A DNA stretch of 64,000 nucleotides from Planomonospora venezuelensis (lineage in GTDB: Bacteria; Actinomycetota; Actinomycetes; Streptosporangiales; Streptosporangiaceae). The stretch lies in assembly GCF_014203605.1 (NCBI RefSeq), contig NZ_JACHJJ010000017.1, positions 111,192-175,191 of the forward strand, written 5' to 3'. The notes beneath the pieces are model-generated. The model did no database searches, had not been told where the DNA came from, and worked only from the letters and a program-made list of their open reading frames with translations. The translations under genes and the position numbers were made by a program. The number at the start of each line of letters is the position of its first letter. Positions within the stretch are counted from its first letter, which is position 1. Positions 19,851 through 29,901 of this stretch are shown here, one piece after another.

Positions 19851-22800
19851 TCAGCCCGCGAGCTCCCGCTCCAGTTCGCCCAGGACCGGCTCGTGGACCC
19901 GCAGCCCGGCGCGGTGGACGAACGCCTCGGCCGCCCGCAGGTGCTCCCCGGCCCGCTCCCGGTCGCCGAGCAGCAGGGCCAGCCGCGCCAGGCACAGGTC
20001 GGCCGCGGACCAGCCCAGCAGGCGCCCGGCGTGCGGGACCAGACGGCGGTAGAGGACCCGGCCGGCGGCCTCGTCCCCGAGCCGGGCGCAGGCCTCGCTC
20101 AGGGCGTCGGCGACGAACCGGTAGCTCAGGTCGGGCAGGGCCGCCGCGAAGCCGTCGCGGGCGAACGCCGCGAACACGGACCGCGCCTCCTCGGACCGGC
20201 CGAGGTCGGTCAGCGCAAGGCAGCGCAGGATCCGCCAGGGCCGCTGGCCGGGGCGCAGGGCGAGGATCTCCTCGGCCAGGGCCAGCGCCTCGGCCGGGCG
20301 CCCCTCGGCCCGCAGCGCCAGGAAGCGGAACGTCTCGCGGCGCAGGTGCGCGTCGCCGCGGCCCAGCGCCCCCTCCGGGTAGACCGCGCCGGACTCCTCC
20401 GCCGCCGCGAGGGCGTCGTCGGACCGCCCGCCCAGGTAGGCGTGGACCGCGGTCTGCCAGGCGGCCAGGCTGATCATCGAGGGGAGCCTGAGCCGCTCCG
20501 CGGTCTGCCGCAGCCAGGCCAGCGTCCGCTCCGCCCCTCCGGTCACGCCCCGGGCGGTCAGCTCGACGTGCTCGGCCTCCCGCCCGACCCACTCGGTCAC
20601 CAGGTCTCCGGTGCGCGTCCCGATCTCGATGATCCCGGCGACGGCCTCCCGCCTGAGGTCGTGGTCGTGACCGGTGCGCAGCAGCAGCTCCTGCACGATC
20701 AGCGTCCGGGACAGGGCCGGGTCGTCCCCGGTGCGGCGGGCCAGCCGCACCGCCTCCGCCGCCAGTTCCCGGCTCCGCTCCACGGGCCGCCCGGTGGAGC
20801 CGATGAACGCCGAGGCGGCCATGAGCCGGGCCCGCCAGGGCGAGTCCTCCGCCAGGTCCGAGGCGAGCGCCCGGTCGATGCGCTCGGCGAGCCGCTCGAC
20901 CTCGGTCACCTCCTCGTACATGGCCAGGTAGATCTGGTCGGACAGGCCCAGCGCCGCCCGGGCCAGCCGGTTGTCGTCGCCGAGCCCCTCGGCGATCTCC
21001 GCGGCGCCCTCCAGCGAGGCGTGCGCGGCGCCGCTCATGCCCGCCGCCGCCTGCGCCTCGGCCAGGTCGAGCAGGAGGTCGCAGCGGAGCGCGTCGTCGG
21101 ACCTGGGCAGCCGGTCGATCAGCTCGATCGCCCGCTCCAGGTGCTCCACCGCGGCCTCGTGGGCGAACTGGGCCGTCGCCTGGGCCGCGGCGCGGCGGGT
21201 GTAGCCGATGGCCTTGCCCGTCATGGACGCGCTCAGGATGCCCTCACGGTAGTGGTGGGCGATCTCGGTGAGCCGGGTGCCGCTCCGCTCGGCGAGCACC
21301 TCGGCGATCCGGGCGTGCAGGCGCCGCCGGCGCAGCGGCGGCAGCGCCTCGCGCAGCGCGTCGCGGACGATGTCGTGGACGAACCGGCTGGACAGCCCGT
21401 CGCCCTCGGCCAGCAGCCGGGCCCGGACCGCGGCGTCGAGGACGTCGAGCACCTTCTCCTCGGGCGCCTCCACCACGCGGAGCAGGATGTCGGTCGGCGC
21501 GTCCCTGCCGAGCAGGGCCGCGACGGTCAGCACCTCCTCGGTCTCCGGCGGCAGGCCGGTCAGCCGGCCGCGCACGACGTCCGAGAGCGCCCCGGGGGTC
21601 TCGCCCAGTTGCAGGACCTCGCCGAGGAAGAACGGGTTGCCCGCGGTCAGCCTGGCCATCTCGGCCGCCCGGCCGGGGTCGCCCCCGGCCCGCCCGAGGT
21701 ACTCCCGGATCTCGCCCTCGCCCAGGCCGCGCAGGAGGAGACGGCGCACGTGCGGGAGCCGTACCAGCGCGCCGAGGGAGTGCTCCAGCGCGCCGCCGGG
21801 CCGTACGTCGGTGTCGCGGTAGGTGGCGACCACGGTCAGCCCGGGGCAGAGCCGGGTCGTGGCGAGGAACTCCAGCAGCCGCAGCGAGGAGGCGTCGGCC
21901 CACTGGAGGTCGTCGAGCACGACCAGGACCCGGCCGTGCTCGTTCAGCAGGGCGGCGAACGCCTCGTAGAGCTGGAACCGGCCGCTCCCGGCGAGCGCTC
22001 CCAGCCCGCCGCCGGTGCCCGCCAGGTCGGCCGCGGCCTGCGTCCACGGCCAGAACGGCGGCGCGCCCGTCCCGTCCCAGCACCGGCCCCAGACCACCCG
22101 GTGCCCCCGGGCCCCGGCGTACTCGGCCGCCTGCTCGGCCAGGCTCGTCTTGCCGATGCCGGGCTCCCCGGCCAGCAGCACCACCCGGTGGCCGTCCGCC
22201 GCGACCGCCTCGCGGAGCGCCTGCTCCTCGGCCTGCCTGCCGACCAGCCGGGAGTCCCGCTCCCCGGCCGGGGTCCGGGGCGTGAGGGCGGGGTCCTGTT
22301 CGAGGATGCGCCGTTCCATCTCCCGCGACCGGAGGTCGGGGTCGAGCCCGAGGTCCTCCACCAGCAGCCTGCGCCCCTCGGCGAGCACCCCCAGCGCGTC
22401 GGCCTGCCGTCCGGCCTGGTAGAGCGCGTGCGCGGCGAGCGCGCGGAGCCGTTCCCGGAACGGGTGGGCGGCGACCAGCCGGCCCAGCCTTCCGGTGAGC
22501 GCGGCGCCGCGCCCGAGCGCGAGGTCGGCCTCGGCGAGGTCCTCCTCCAGCGTGAGCCGGAGCTCGGCCAGGTGGGCGATCTCCTCCTCGGCCCAGGACG
22601 CGCCCGCGAAGTCGGCCAGCGGCTCCCCGCGCCACTCGCCGAGCGCGAGCCGGAACTCCTCCCCCGCTCCCTCGTGGTCCCCGGCGGCGGCCCTGCGCCT
22701 GCCCTCGGCCGCGTGCCCGCGCGCCCGGGCCAGGTCGAGCGCCGTCTCAGGGATGTCGAGGGCGTACCCGCCGGGCCTGCTGACCAGGATCGACGGGGGC

Positions 22801-23045
22801 GTGTTCCGGCTCCTGCCCGGTTCGAAGACCCGGCGGAGCTTGGAGATGTAGGCCTGGACGGTGTTGGACGCGCCGGGCGGAGGCGCGTCCTCCCAGAGCA
22901 CGTCGATCATCCGGTTCGGCGAGACGGGGCGGGGCGCGGCGAGCATGCACAGGGCCAGCACCGCCCGCTGCTGGTAGGGGCCGATGTCCAGCGGCGCCCC
23001 GTCGTCGGCAGCCACGCCCACCGGCCCCAGCACCCGAAAGTCCAT
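19851..23045 (-). CDS. AfsR/SARP-family transcriptional regulator (OmpR-type wHTH + BTAD + NB-ARC ATPase + TPR)
   Basis: N-terminal MDFRVLGPVGVAADDGAPLDIGPYQQRAVLALCML..NTVQAYISKLRRVF (SARP winged helix), P-loop VVLLAGEPGIGKTSLAEQAAEYA, long helical C-terminal repeats; 1064 aa. Confidence 0.8.
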   Translation of the reverse strand: MDFRVLGPVGVAADDGAPLDIGPYQQRAVLALCMLAAPRPVSPNRMIDVLWEDAPPPGASNTVQAYISKLRRVFEPGRSRNTPPSILVSRPGGYALDIPETALDLARARGHAAEGRRRAAAGDHEGAGEEFRLALGEWRGEPLADFAGASWAEEEIAHLAELRLTLEEDLAEADLALGRGAALTGRLGRLVAAHPFRERLRALAAHALYQAGRQADALGVLAEGRRLLVEDLGLDPDLRSREMERRILEQDPALTPRTPAGERDSRLVGRQAEEQALREAVAADGHRVVLLAGEPGIGKTSLAEQAAEYAGARGHRVVWGRCWDGTGAPPFWPWTQAAADLAGTGGGLGALAGSGRFQLYEAFAALLNEHGRVLVVLDDLQWADASSLRLLEFLATTRLCPGLTVVATYRDTDVRPGGALEHSLGALVRLPHVRRLLLRGLGEGEIREYLGRAGGDPGRAAEMARLTAGNPFFLGEVLQLGETPGALSDVVRGRLTGLPPETEEVLTVAALLGRDAPTDILLRVVEAPEEKVLDVLDAAVRARLLAEGDGLSSRFVHDIVRDALREALPPLRRRRLHARIAEVLAERSGTRLTEIAHHYREGILSASMTGKAIGYTRRAAAQATAQFAHEAAVEHLERAIELIDRLPRSDDALRCDLLLDLAEAQAAAGMSGAAHASLEGAAEIAEGLGDDNRLARAALGLSDQIYLAMYEEVTEVERLAERIDRALASDLAEDSPWRARLMAASAFIGSTGRPVERSRELAAEAVRLARRTGDDPALSRTLIVQELLLRTGHDHDLRREAVAGIIEIGTRTGDLVTEWVGREAEHVELTARGVTGGAERTLAWLRQTAERLRLPSMISLAAWQTAVHAYLGGRSDDALAAAEESGAVYPEGALGRGDAHLRRETFRFLALRAEGRPAEALALAEEILALRPGQRPWRILRCLALTDLGRSEEARSVFAAFARDGFAAALPDLSYRFVADALSEACARLGDEAAGRVLYRRLVPHAGRLLGWSAADLCLARLALLLGDRERAGEHLRAAEAFVHRAGLRVHEPVLGELERELAG

Positions 23046-23317
23046 CCCCGTCCCTCACTCCCGAACTGCGCCGATGGTAGCCGCCCACCCGCCTTGCCCG
23101 GTCCTGTCCCCGCCCTCTGCTCAGCGGCGGGGGTCGTTCGCCCACGCCTTCTCGTCGCGGATCACGTCGACGACCACGAGCGCGGGGTGGCTGGGGTGCA
23201 CCCTCATCCGCGCCGCTGACGCCGGAGCCCAGGCCGACCGCAACGGTTGACCCGGGCTCTTTCACCGCGGCTTCGCCGCGGCGGCGGACCGCACGACGGC
23301 GGGCGGCTCTCCGGGGC

Positions 23318-25105
23318 TCAGCTCCGGCCGGGCGGGTTCCAGTTTCCGCCCTGCGGCGGGACCGGGGCGTTGCCGTACGGCGTGCTCGGCGGCGGCACGG
23401 GCGTGCCGTACGGGTACGGGGCCGGCGGGACCTGGGAGGGGGCCGGGGGCGCCGGGGGGACGGGGCCGGCCTGGCCGGGCCCGGGCGGGGCCGCGGGGAA
23501 GGCGGGAGCCGGGGCGGCGAGGGCGCGGTTGATCCGGCGGCGGCGGGCCATGAGCAGGGCACCGGCCAGCAGTCCCGCGGCCAGGATGCCGGCGGAGGTG
23601 GCGGTGATCACCATCGGGTCGCGCAGCAGGCTCTCGGAGGCGACCGGCTCGGCGTCGAGGGAGGCGTCGGGCTGAGCCGAGGACCCGGCCGACGACCGGG
23701 GCGACGGCGACTGGGCGGCTCCGGCGGTCCCGGGGGCCGGGGTCGCGTTCGCCGGGGCCCCGGTCGCGGTCGCGTCCTGCTTCACCGAGGCGGGGGACCT
23801 GTCCCGGCCGGCGGCGATGGCCTCCTTGGCCTCGGCGATGTAGCCGGCGGCGTACGGGTGCAGCGGGTAGAGGTTGAGCGTCTCCTGGAAACCGACCAGC
23901 GCGGCGCTGTGCCGGTCGGCGAAGAAGTCGGCCAGCGCGGTGTTGTAGGCCCGGGTGGCCGGCGACTCCTGGGGGGTGACCCCCTTGGCCGCGAGGAACT
24001 CGCTGATCTGGCCGACCGGGAAGAACACGCTCTGGTTCTCCTGCCGGTCGGTCCCGCTCTCGTTGAGGTAGGTGGCGGAGACGAGCGCGATCACCTTGCC
24101 CTCGGCGTCGAACACCGGGCCGCCGGAGTTGCCGCCGTAGATGGGGGTCTGCGCCTGGATGTAGGGGACCTTCTCGGTGGTCTCGCGGCGGGCGCTGTAG
24201 ACGCCCTCGGTGATCGCGGGGTACAGCCGGGACTTCTCGGTGAGCCCCGTGTCGCGGTTGACCGTGCCGGGGAAGCCGACGGCGTAGAGCGTGTTGCCGA
24301 CCCGCACGTCGCCGTCGACGCCGAGCGGCACGGTGGGCAGGTTCCGGGCGCCTGCGAGCTTCAGCAGGGCGACGTCCTTGCCCGGGCCGCCCACGCCCTC
24401 CGCGCCGACGAGCTCGACCGGCAGGCGGGTGGAGGTGACGTTCATGCCGCCGCCGGGGAGCGGCAGGACCACCTGGTACTTCACCTGCACGTCCGCCACC
24501 TGGAAGTTGTCGGCGAGGAAGGTGGTGAAGACCTTGGTCACCAGCTCGGTGAGCTCCTTGTCGGGCTCGGTCGTGCCCATGAGGCCTTTCAGCTCGGCCT
24601 TGACGTCCTTCTCGACGGTCTCGGCCAGGCCGTACTCCGCGAAGCCCGCCTGGAGGTCGGCCTGGCCGCTCTGCACGCAGTGCCCGGCGGTGACCATGTA
24701 GCCGTCCGGGGTGATCCACCAGCCGGTGCACGTCCCGGAGAACGACACGTCGTCGGTGCGCTCCGGCTTGCCCGCGCCGATGTACTTGCCGGGGTCCGCG
24801 GCGAGCTTGCGGTACAGCCACTTGGCGATGCTCAGCTCGTCGGAGGGGATCCGCCCCTTGGCCGCCTGCTTCTTCCCCTCCTCGTACAGGTCCCGGAACA
24901 CCTTCTTCGGAACGGCGGTGGGCGCCGTGACCCGGCCCGAGTAGACCGTCTCGATCAGCTGCACGGCGGGGTTCGCCTGCGCCGCGATCAGGGTCGCCGT
25001 GGGCGCGGGATCGGTCTCGGCCGCCGCACCGCCGAGCGACGCCACCGTCCCCGCCACGGCCAGCGCCGCCACCGCGGCCACTCGCCGCACCAAATCTCCG
25101 CCCAC
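23318..25105 (-). CDS. Membrane-anchored trypsin-like (S1) serine protease with a proline-rich cytoplasmic tail
   Basis: Signal-like N-terminus (VRRVAAVAALAVAG) from the GTG at 25105, preceded by GAGGTGGGAGAA. His-loop TAGHC, Ser region GGNSGGPVF, C-terminal TM (ILAAGLLAGALLMARRRR) and a PPAPPAPSQVPPAPYPYGTPVPPPSTPYG tail. The upstream part of the ORF (to 25471) is probably not translated. Confidence 0.65.
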   Translation of the reverse strand: MGGDLVRRVAAVAALAVAGTVASLGGAAAETDPAPTATLIAAQANPAVQLIETVYSGRVTAPTAVPKKVFRDLYEEGKKQAAKGRIPSDELSIAKWLYRKLAADPGKYIGAGKPERTDDVSFSGTCTGWWITPDGYMVTAGHCVQSGQADLQAGFAEYGLAETVEKDVKAELKGLMGTTEPDKELTELVTKVFTTFLADNFQVADVQVKYQVVLPLPGGGMNVTSTRLPVELVGAEGVGGPGKDVALLKLAGARNLPTVPLGVDGDVRVGNTLYAVGFPGTVNRDTGLTEKSRLYPAITEGVYSARRETTEKVPYIQAQTPIYGGNSGGPVFDAEGKVIALVSATYLNESGTDRQENQSVFFPVGQISEFLAAKGVTPQESPATRAYNTALADFFADRHSAALVGFQETLNLYPLHPYAAGYIAEAKEAIAAGRDRSPASVKQDATATGAPANATPAPGTAGAAQSPSPRSSAGSSAQPDASLDAEPVASESLLRDPMVITATSAGILAAGLLAGALLMARRRRINRALAAPAPAFPAAPPGPGQAGPVPPAPPAPSQVPPAPYPYGTPVPPPSTPYGNAPVPPQGGNWNPPGRS

Positions 25106-25289
25106 TTCTCCCACCTCGTCCGTATCCCTCCAGCCTTGTCTGGAGCAGCCACGCCAGAGTGTGCGGCAACGGACTTGACCGCCACTTGGAGACCGGTGAA
25201 CCCGCAGCTCAGCGCGGTCCGCGAGGGGGAGGGTCCCGGCCGGCGCCGCCGCCGTACGCCCGGGCGGGACCCTGTAGGACGATGGAGCC

Positions 25290-25898
25290 GTGAGTTTCGA
25301 ACTGGCCGTATGGCACGAGCCCCAGCCGATCACCAAGGAGCGCGCGGAGGACGTCTTCCGGGCGCTCCGCCGAGGCGAGTCCGGAATCGTCGCGGCCCAT
25401 CCCGGGGTGGCCGCGTTCGCCGGGCGGCTGGCCGGGGCCGAGCGGCCCTCCCCGGAGTACGCCCTGGTCACCGTGGCCCTGGAGCGGTCGGACGAGGTGG
25501 CGGGCGAGGCCTTCGCGCTCGCCAGGGCCTGCGGGCTGGTCTGCTACGACCCGCAGCGCCGCCTCGTGCACAACCTCGCCCCGCTGGGGGTCTACCCCGG
25601 GATGCAGATGCACACGGGCGACGGGATGATCCTTGCCGACCCCGACCTCCGGCTCGTCCACGACGTCCTCGCCACGATGGCGCCGCAGAACCCCTTCACC
25701 GCGCTGGTCGTCTTCGGCGAGCACTTCGTGCAGTCGTCCCCGGAGATCACCGGTTACGAGCTGGAGTACAAGGACAGCGTCCGGAACCTGATGTTCCGCA
25801 CCCACGTCCCGGACCTGGAGGCGGTGCAGCGGGCCTTCGCCGAATACGCCACCGGCGCGCGCGACTTCCTCGACCGCCACGACTGGAAGCAGGTCTGA
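25290..25898 (+). CDS. Hypothetical protein
   Basis: Intact 202-aa ORF with good GC3 bias and a GGAG 3 nt upstream of the GTG; no recognised domain. Confidence 0.4.
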   Translation: MSFELAVWHEPQPITKERAEDVFRALRRGESGIVAAHPGVAAFAGRLAGAERPSPEYALVTVALERSDEVAGEAFALARACGLVCYDPQRRLVHNLAPLGVYPGMQMHTGDGMILADPDLRLVHDVLATMAPQNPFTALVVFGEHFVQSSPEITGYELEYKDSVRNLMFRTHVPDLEAVQRAFAEYATGARDFLDRHDWKQV

Positions 25899-26052
25899 CC
25901 CTCTCGCACCTCACGCGGGCGGATCCTGCCACCGCACGGGTCGTGATCGATGCCTGCGTCATGGCGGACGTCGAACGTGGAGTCCTCGGCCCTCCCCGCC
26001 TCGGCCCTCCCCGCCTCGGTCCTGCCGGAAGGCCCGGCCGCCGGGGCGGGGG

Positions 26053-27033
26053 TCATTCGCCGGGGAAGCGGACCCCGATCCGAGCGCGGACCTCGTCCAT
26101 GACGCCCATCACGTCCAGCGTGGCCTGCCAGGGCACGAGCGGGCTCTCCAGCAGTCCCTCGCGCAGGCAGCGCATGGCCTCGGCCGCCTCGTGGTTCATG
26201 CCGTTGCCCGTGTAGGGGACATGGAAGGTCTCCGGCTCGCCCTCCGTCCGGTACAGGGTGAAGGTCTCGGGGCGGAAGAACAGGTGCGGCAGCTCGATCC
26301 GGCCGAGCGGCCCGGAGACCGACGCCGTGACGGGGCTGTGCGTGGTGATCCCGCAGGAGAGCATCGCGACCGCGCCGCCGGGGTGGCCGAGCAGCATGCC
26401 GGTGTTCTCGTCCACGCCCTCGGGGGTGAGCCGCGCCCACGCCTGCACCTTCTCCGGCGCGCCGAGCACCATGTGGGCGAAGGAGAGCGGGTAGACACCG
26501 AGGTCGAGCAGGGCCCCGCCGCCCAGCTCCGGGTCGCGGAGCCGGTGCCCCGGTCCGACGGTGACGGAGATCCCGAAGTCGGCGTGGACGGTGTTCACCG
26601 GGCCGAGCGCGCCGCCTGCGACCAGCTCCACGATCTTCCGGATGGCCGGGTTGCACCGCATCCACATGGCCTCCATGAGGAACAGCCCGCGCTCCCTCGC
26701 CAGGTCCACCAGCTCGGCGGCCTGGGCCCGGTTGAGCGTGAAGGCCTTCTCGCACAGGACGGCCTTGCCCGCCTCCAGGCAGAGCCTGACCGCGTCGTAG
26801 TGGGCGTTCTGGGTGTTGGCGACGTAGACGATGTCCACGTCCGGGTCGGCGGCCAGCTCGGCCCAGCTCCCGTGTGCCCGGGGGATGCCGTACCGGCCGG
26901 CGAAGGCCTCGGCCGCCTCGGCCGACCGGGACCCGACCGCGGCCACCTCGGCGTCCGGAAGCAGTTTCAGGTCCTCGGTGAAGGTCGCGGCGATGCCGCC
27001 GGTCGCCAGGATGCCCCACTTAATCGTGCTCAT
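26053..27033 (-). CDS. Gfo/Idh/MocA-family NAD(P)-dependent oxidoreductase
   Basis: N-terminal Rossmann segment IKWGILATGGIAATFTEDL..AEVAAVGSRSAEAAEAFAGRYGIP and the conserved CEKAF segment; start taken at the internal ATG (MSTIKWG). Confidence 0.8.
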   Translation of the reverse strand: MSTIKWGILATGGIAATFTEDLKLLPDAEVAAVGSRSAEAAEAFAGRYGIPRAHGSWAELAADPDVDIVYVANTQNAHYDAVRLCLEAGKAVLCEKAFTLNRAQAAELVDLARERGLFLMEAMWMRCNPAIRKIVELVAGGALGPVNTVHADFGISVTVGPGHRLRDPELGGGALLDLGVYPLSFAHMVLGAPEKVQAWARLTPEGVDENTGMLLGHPGGAVAMLSCGITTHSPVTASVSGPLGRIELPHLFFRPETFTLYRTEGEPETFHVPYTGNGMNHEAAEAMRCLREGLLESPLVPWQATLDVMGVMDEVRARIGVRFPGE

Positions 27034-27149
27034 AGGGACATATCTCATCATGCTCGGCGACCTGGTGGGAACGCTCCCACGCCACGCGGCGGGCCGGCGC
27101 CGCGCCGTACGGTCCCTGCTTCCGTGGTTTGTACGGCGCGGCGGAGCGG

Positions 27150-28733
27150 TCAGCCGCGGGTGTCGGCGAGCAGCGCGTTCAGCACCAGGTCCGGGTGCTC
27201 GCGCAGCACCCCGCGCATCCGCCACTCGTCGGTGAACAGCGCCAGCAGCGCCCCGTCGAGCGTGCGGGTGAAGACCTCGACGCCGCGCTGGCGGGCCAGG
27301 ACCGGCGCCGACTCGGCGTCGGTGAGCCGGGCCAGGCTGAAGTCGAGGCGGTCCAGGACGATCTCGGTGTTGAACTCCCCGGCCAGCCGGTGCTTGACCA
27401 CGTCGAACTGCATCGGGCCGACCGCCGCCAGCACCGGCGACTGGTCTCCGCGGATGTCGGAGCGGAGCACCTGGACGACGCCCTCGCCCTCCATCTGCTC
27501 GATGCCCTTGCGGAACTGCTTGGTCCTGCTGGAGTCGCGGACCCGTGCGGTCCAGAAGTGCTCGGGCGCGAAGCTCGGGATCTTCGGGAACTCGACCGCG
27601 GGGCCGTCGTAGAGGGTGTCGCCCGGCCTCAGGGCCGTGGCGTTGACCAGGCCGATCACGTCACCGGGGAACGCCTCGTCGATCGTGGCGCGCTCCTGCC
27701 CGAAGACCGACTGGGCGTACTTCGTGGCGAAGGGCCGGCCGGTCGACGCGTGGGTCAGCACCATGCCGCGCTCGAAGCGGCCCGAGCAGACCCGCACGAA
27801 CGCGATCCGGTCGCGGTGCGAGGGGTCCATGTTGGCCTGGACCTTGAAGACCAGACCGGAGAAGGGCTCCTCCAGCGGGCGCGGGTCGTCGTTCACGTCG
27901 GGGCGGGGCGCGGGCGCGGGCGCGATGTCCACCATCGCGTCCAGCAGGCGGCCGACGCCGAAGTTGGACAGGGCCGCGCCGAACAGCACGGGGGTCGACT
28001 CGTGGGCCTCGAACGCCTTCTGGTCGTGGTCGGAGCCGATCGCCGAGAGCAGGTCGGCCTCGTCCCGGGACCGCTCCCAGTCCTCCCCGATCTCGGCGAG
28101 GGCCTGCTCGGGGGTGAGCTCGGTCTCCAGCGCCTTGGTGGCGCCGCCCGGGGTGCGGGTGTAGCGCACGGCCCGGTCGGCGAGGCGGTCGATCACCCCG
28201 TGGAAGAAGCCGCCGGTCCCGATCGGCCAGGTGATCGGGGTGGGCCGCAGGCCGGTCTTCTCCTGGATCTCGTCCAGCAGCTCCAGCGCCTCGCGGCCGG
28301 GCCGGTCCCACTTGTTGACGAACGTGATCACCGGGATGCGGCGGTGCCGGCAGACTTCGAACAGTTTCAGGGTCTGCGGCTCCATGCCCTTGGCCGCGTC
28401 CAGCAGCATGACCGCGCAGTCGACGGCGGCCAGCACCCGGTAGGTGTCCTCGGAGAAGTCGGCGTGACCCGGAGTGTCGACCAGGTTGAACATGTGGCCG
28501 CGGTACTCGAACCGCAGGGCCGCCGAGGTGATGGAGATGCCCCGGGCCTTCTCCATGTCCATCCAGTCGGAGGTCACCCCGCGCCGCCCCGCCTTGCCGT
28601 GCACCGCCCCGGCCTCGGTGATCGCCGAGGCGTGCAGCGCCAGCGCCTCGGTCATGGTGGACTTTCCGGCGTCGGGGTGGCTGATCACCGCGAACGTGCG
28701 GCGCCGTGCCGCCTCCTGCGCGATCGCGGTCAT
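27150..28733 (-). CDS. prfC: Peptide chain release factor 3 (translational GTPase)
   Basis: G1 AVISHPDAGKST, G3 DTPGH, G4 NKWD; 527 aa from the internal ATG (MTAIAQEAARRRTF..). Confidence 0.9.
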   Translation of the reverse strand: MTAIAQEAARRRTFAVISHPDAGKSTMTEALALHASAITEAGAVHGKAGRRGVTSDWMDMEKARGISITSAALRFEYRGHMFNLVDTPGHADFSEDTYRVLAAVDCAVMLLDAAKGMEPQTLKLFEVCRHRRIPVITFVNKWDRPGREALELLDEIQEKTGLRPTPITWPIGTGGFFHGVIDRLADRAVRYTRTPGGATKALETELTPEQALAEIGEDWERSRDEADLLSAIGSDHDQKAFEAHESTPVLFGAALSNFGVGRLLDAMVDIAPAPAPRPDVNDDPRPLEEPFSGLVFKVQANMDPSHRDRIAFVRVCSGRFERGMVLTHASTGRPFATKYAQSVFGQERATIDEAFPGDVIGLVNATALRPGDTLYDGPAVEFPKIPSFAPEHFWTARVRDSSRTKQFRKGIEQMEGEGVVQVLRSDIRGDQSPVLAAVGPMQFDVVKHRLAGEFNTEIVLDRLDFSLARLTDAESAPVLARQRGVEVFTRTLDGALLALFTDEWRMRGVLREHPDLVLNALLADTRG

Positions 28734-28974
28734 GCGGTCTCTCCTCGCCGTGCCATAGGGTGTGCCCGTGCGGTGTCCGGGATGCCGCAACAGCTTACGC
28801 GCCACAGAGCGGTCAATTGATGTGGCAACACTTTCTCAGGCCGCTTGCGCCACCACGGCGCACAGTGGATCGTTGGAAGATCTCGGTTCGACCGTGTCCG
28901 TATCGCCTGTCCGAAAGCGACTCGCTCGTGCAACTCGATGTTCCAGTGGTGTGCAGGACCCCGGTGGAGTGCGG

Positions 28975-29745
28975 ATGATCACGCTCCGCTACGCCGCCGG
29001 TTCCGATGTCGGCAAGGTCCGCCAGGGCAACGAGGACGCCGCGTACGCCGGCGCCCGGCTGCTCGCCATCGCCGACGGGATGGGCGGGCACGTGGGCGGG
29101 GAGGTCGCCAGCTCGGCCGCGGTCGCCGCCGTGGCCCCCCTGGACCACGAGTGCCCCGCCGACCTGGCCGCCGCCGCCGAGGGCGGGGTCCGCCGGGCCA
29201 ACCAGCGCCTGCGCGAGCTCGTCGAGCAGGATCCGAGCCTGACCGGGATGGGCACCACGCTGACCCTGATGCTCTGGGACGGCCCGCGCTTCGCGCTGGC
29301 CCACATCGGCGACTCGCGCGCCTACCTGCTCCGCAACGGCGACCTCTACCAGATCACCTACGACCACACGCTCGTCCAGACCCTGATGGACGACGGGCGG
29401 ATCACCGCCGAGGAGGCCGCCCGGCACCCGCACCGGTCGATCCTCCTGCAGGTCCTGGACGGCAGCGAGAACATCGAGATCGACCTGTCCCTGCGGGACG
29501 CCGAGGTGGGCGACCGCTACCTGCTCTGCTCCGACGGCCTGTCCGGCGTGGTCGAGGCCGCGCAGCTCCGCGACGTGCTGGCCACGGTCGACGACCTCGG
29601 CGCCGCTGCCGGCAGGCTGATCGAGCTCGCCTGCGAGGGCGGCGGCCCGGACAACATCACCTGCGTCGTGGCCGACGTGGTCGACGAGCCCGGCGCGGTC
29701 CAGGACACCCCCGTGGTCGTCGGCTCGGCCGACCCCTCCTCCTGA
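28975..29745 (+). CDS. PP2C-family Ser/Thr protein phosphatase (Stp-like), paralog 1
   Basis: PP2C motifs LLAIADGMGGHVGGEVAS, GMGTTLT, AHIGDSRAY, CSDGL and GGPDNITCVV. Confidence 0.85.
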   Translation: MITLRYAAGSDVGKVRQGNEDAAYAGARLLAIADGMGGHVGGEVASSAAVAAVAPLDHECPADLAAAAEGGVRRANQRLRELVEQDPSLTGMGTTLTLMLWDGPRFALAHIGDSRAYLLRNGDLYQITYDHTLVQTLMDDGRITAEEAARHPHRSILLQVLDGSENIEIDLSLRDAEVGDRYLLCSDGLSGVVEAAQLRDVLATVDDLGAAAGRLIELACEGGGPDNITCVVADVVDEPGAVQDTPVVVGSADPSS

Positions 29746-29751
29746 CGCGCT

Positions 29752-29771
29752 CCCCGGCCCGAGGGCCGGGG
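29752..29771 (+). terminator. GC hairpin CCCCGGCCC-GA-GGGCCGGGG immediately after the PP2C stop
   Basis: 9-bp perfect stem 7 nt after the stop; no T-tract, as is usual in high-GC actinomycetes. Confidence 0.35.
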
Positions 29772-29901
29772 CGCTGCAGGCGATCTCGGGGGCCGCTCTC
29801 CCCTGGGGGCGCGCGATCGCCCGAATCCTGGCCGCGGCGGGGTCACGCCGCTATCGTCGGTGGTCCGTGCTCCTCGTCGATCCCCGCTCCGGAGGGACGC
29901 C

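Noticed and set aside
19371-23219. 1,282-aa plus-strand ORF antisense to the AfsR/SARP regulator; 21244..22635 minus-strand alternative frame
   Set aside because: No domains, extreme Arg/Gly/Pro content, and complete overlap with a regulator gene that has a clear P-loop and TPR architecture.
23858-26215. 785-aa plus-strand ORF and 23262..25169 minus-strand ORF around the protease gene
   Set aside because: Alternative frames of the S1 protease gene, which has TAGHC/GGNSGGP motifs; no motifs in these frames.
27616-28164. 182-aa plus-strand ORF inside prfC (antisense), and other 60-250-aa ORFs scattered antisense to annotated genes throughout
   Set aside because: Fully embedded antisense in conserved genes, Ser/Arg/Ala-rich, and without SD sequences; expected background in high-GC genomes.
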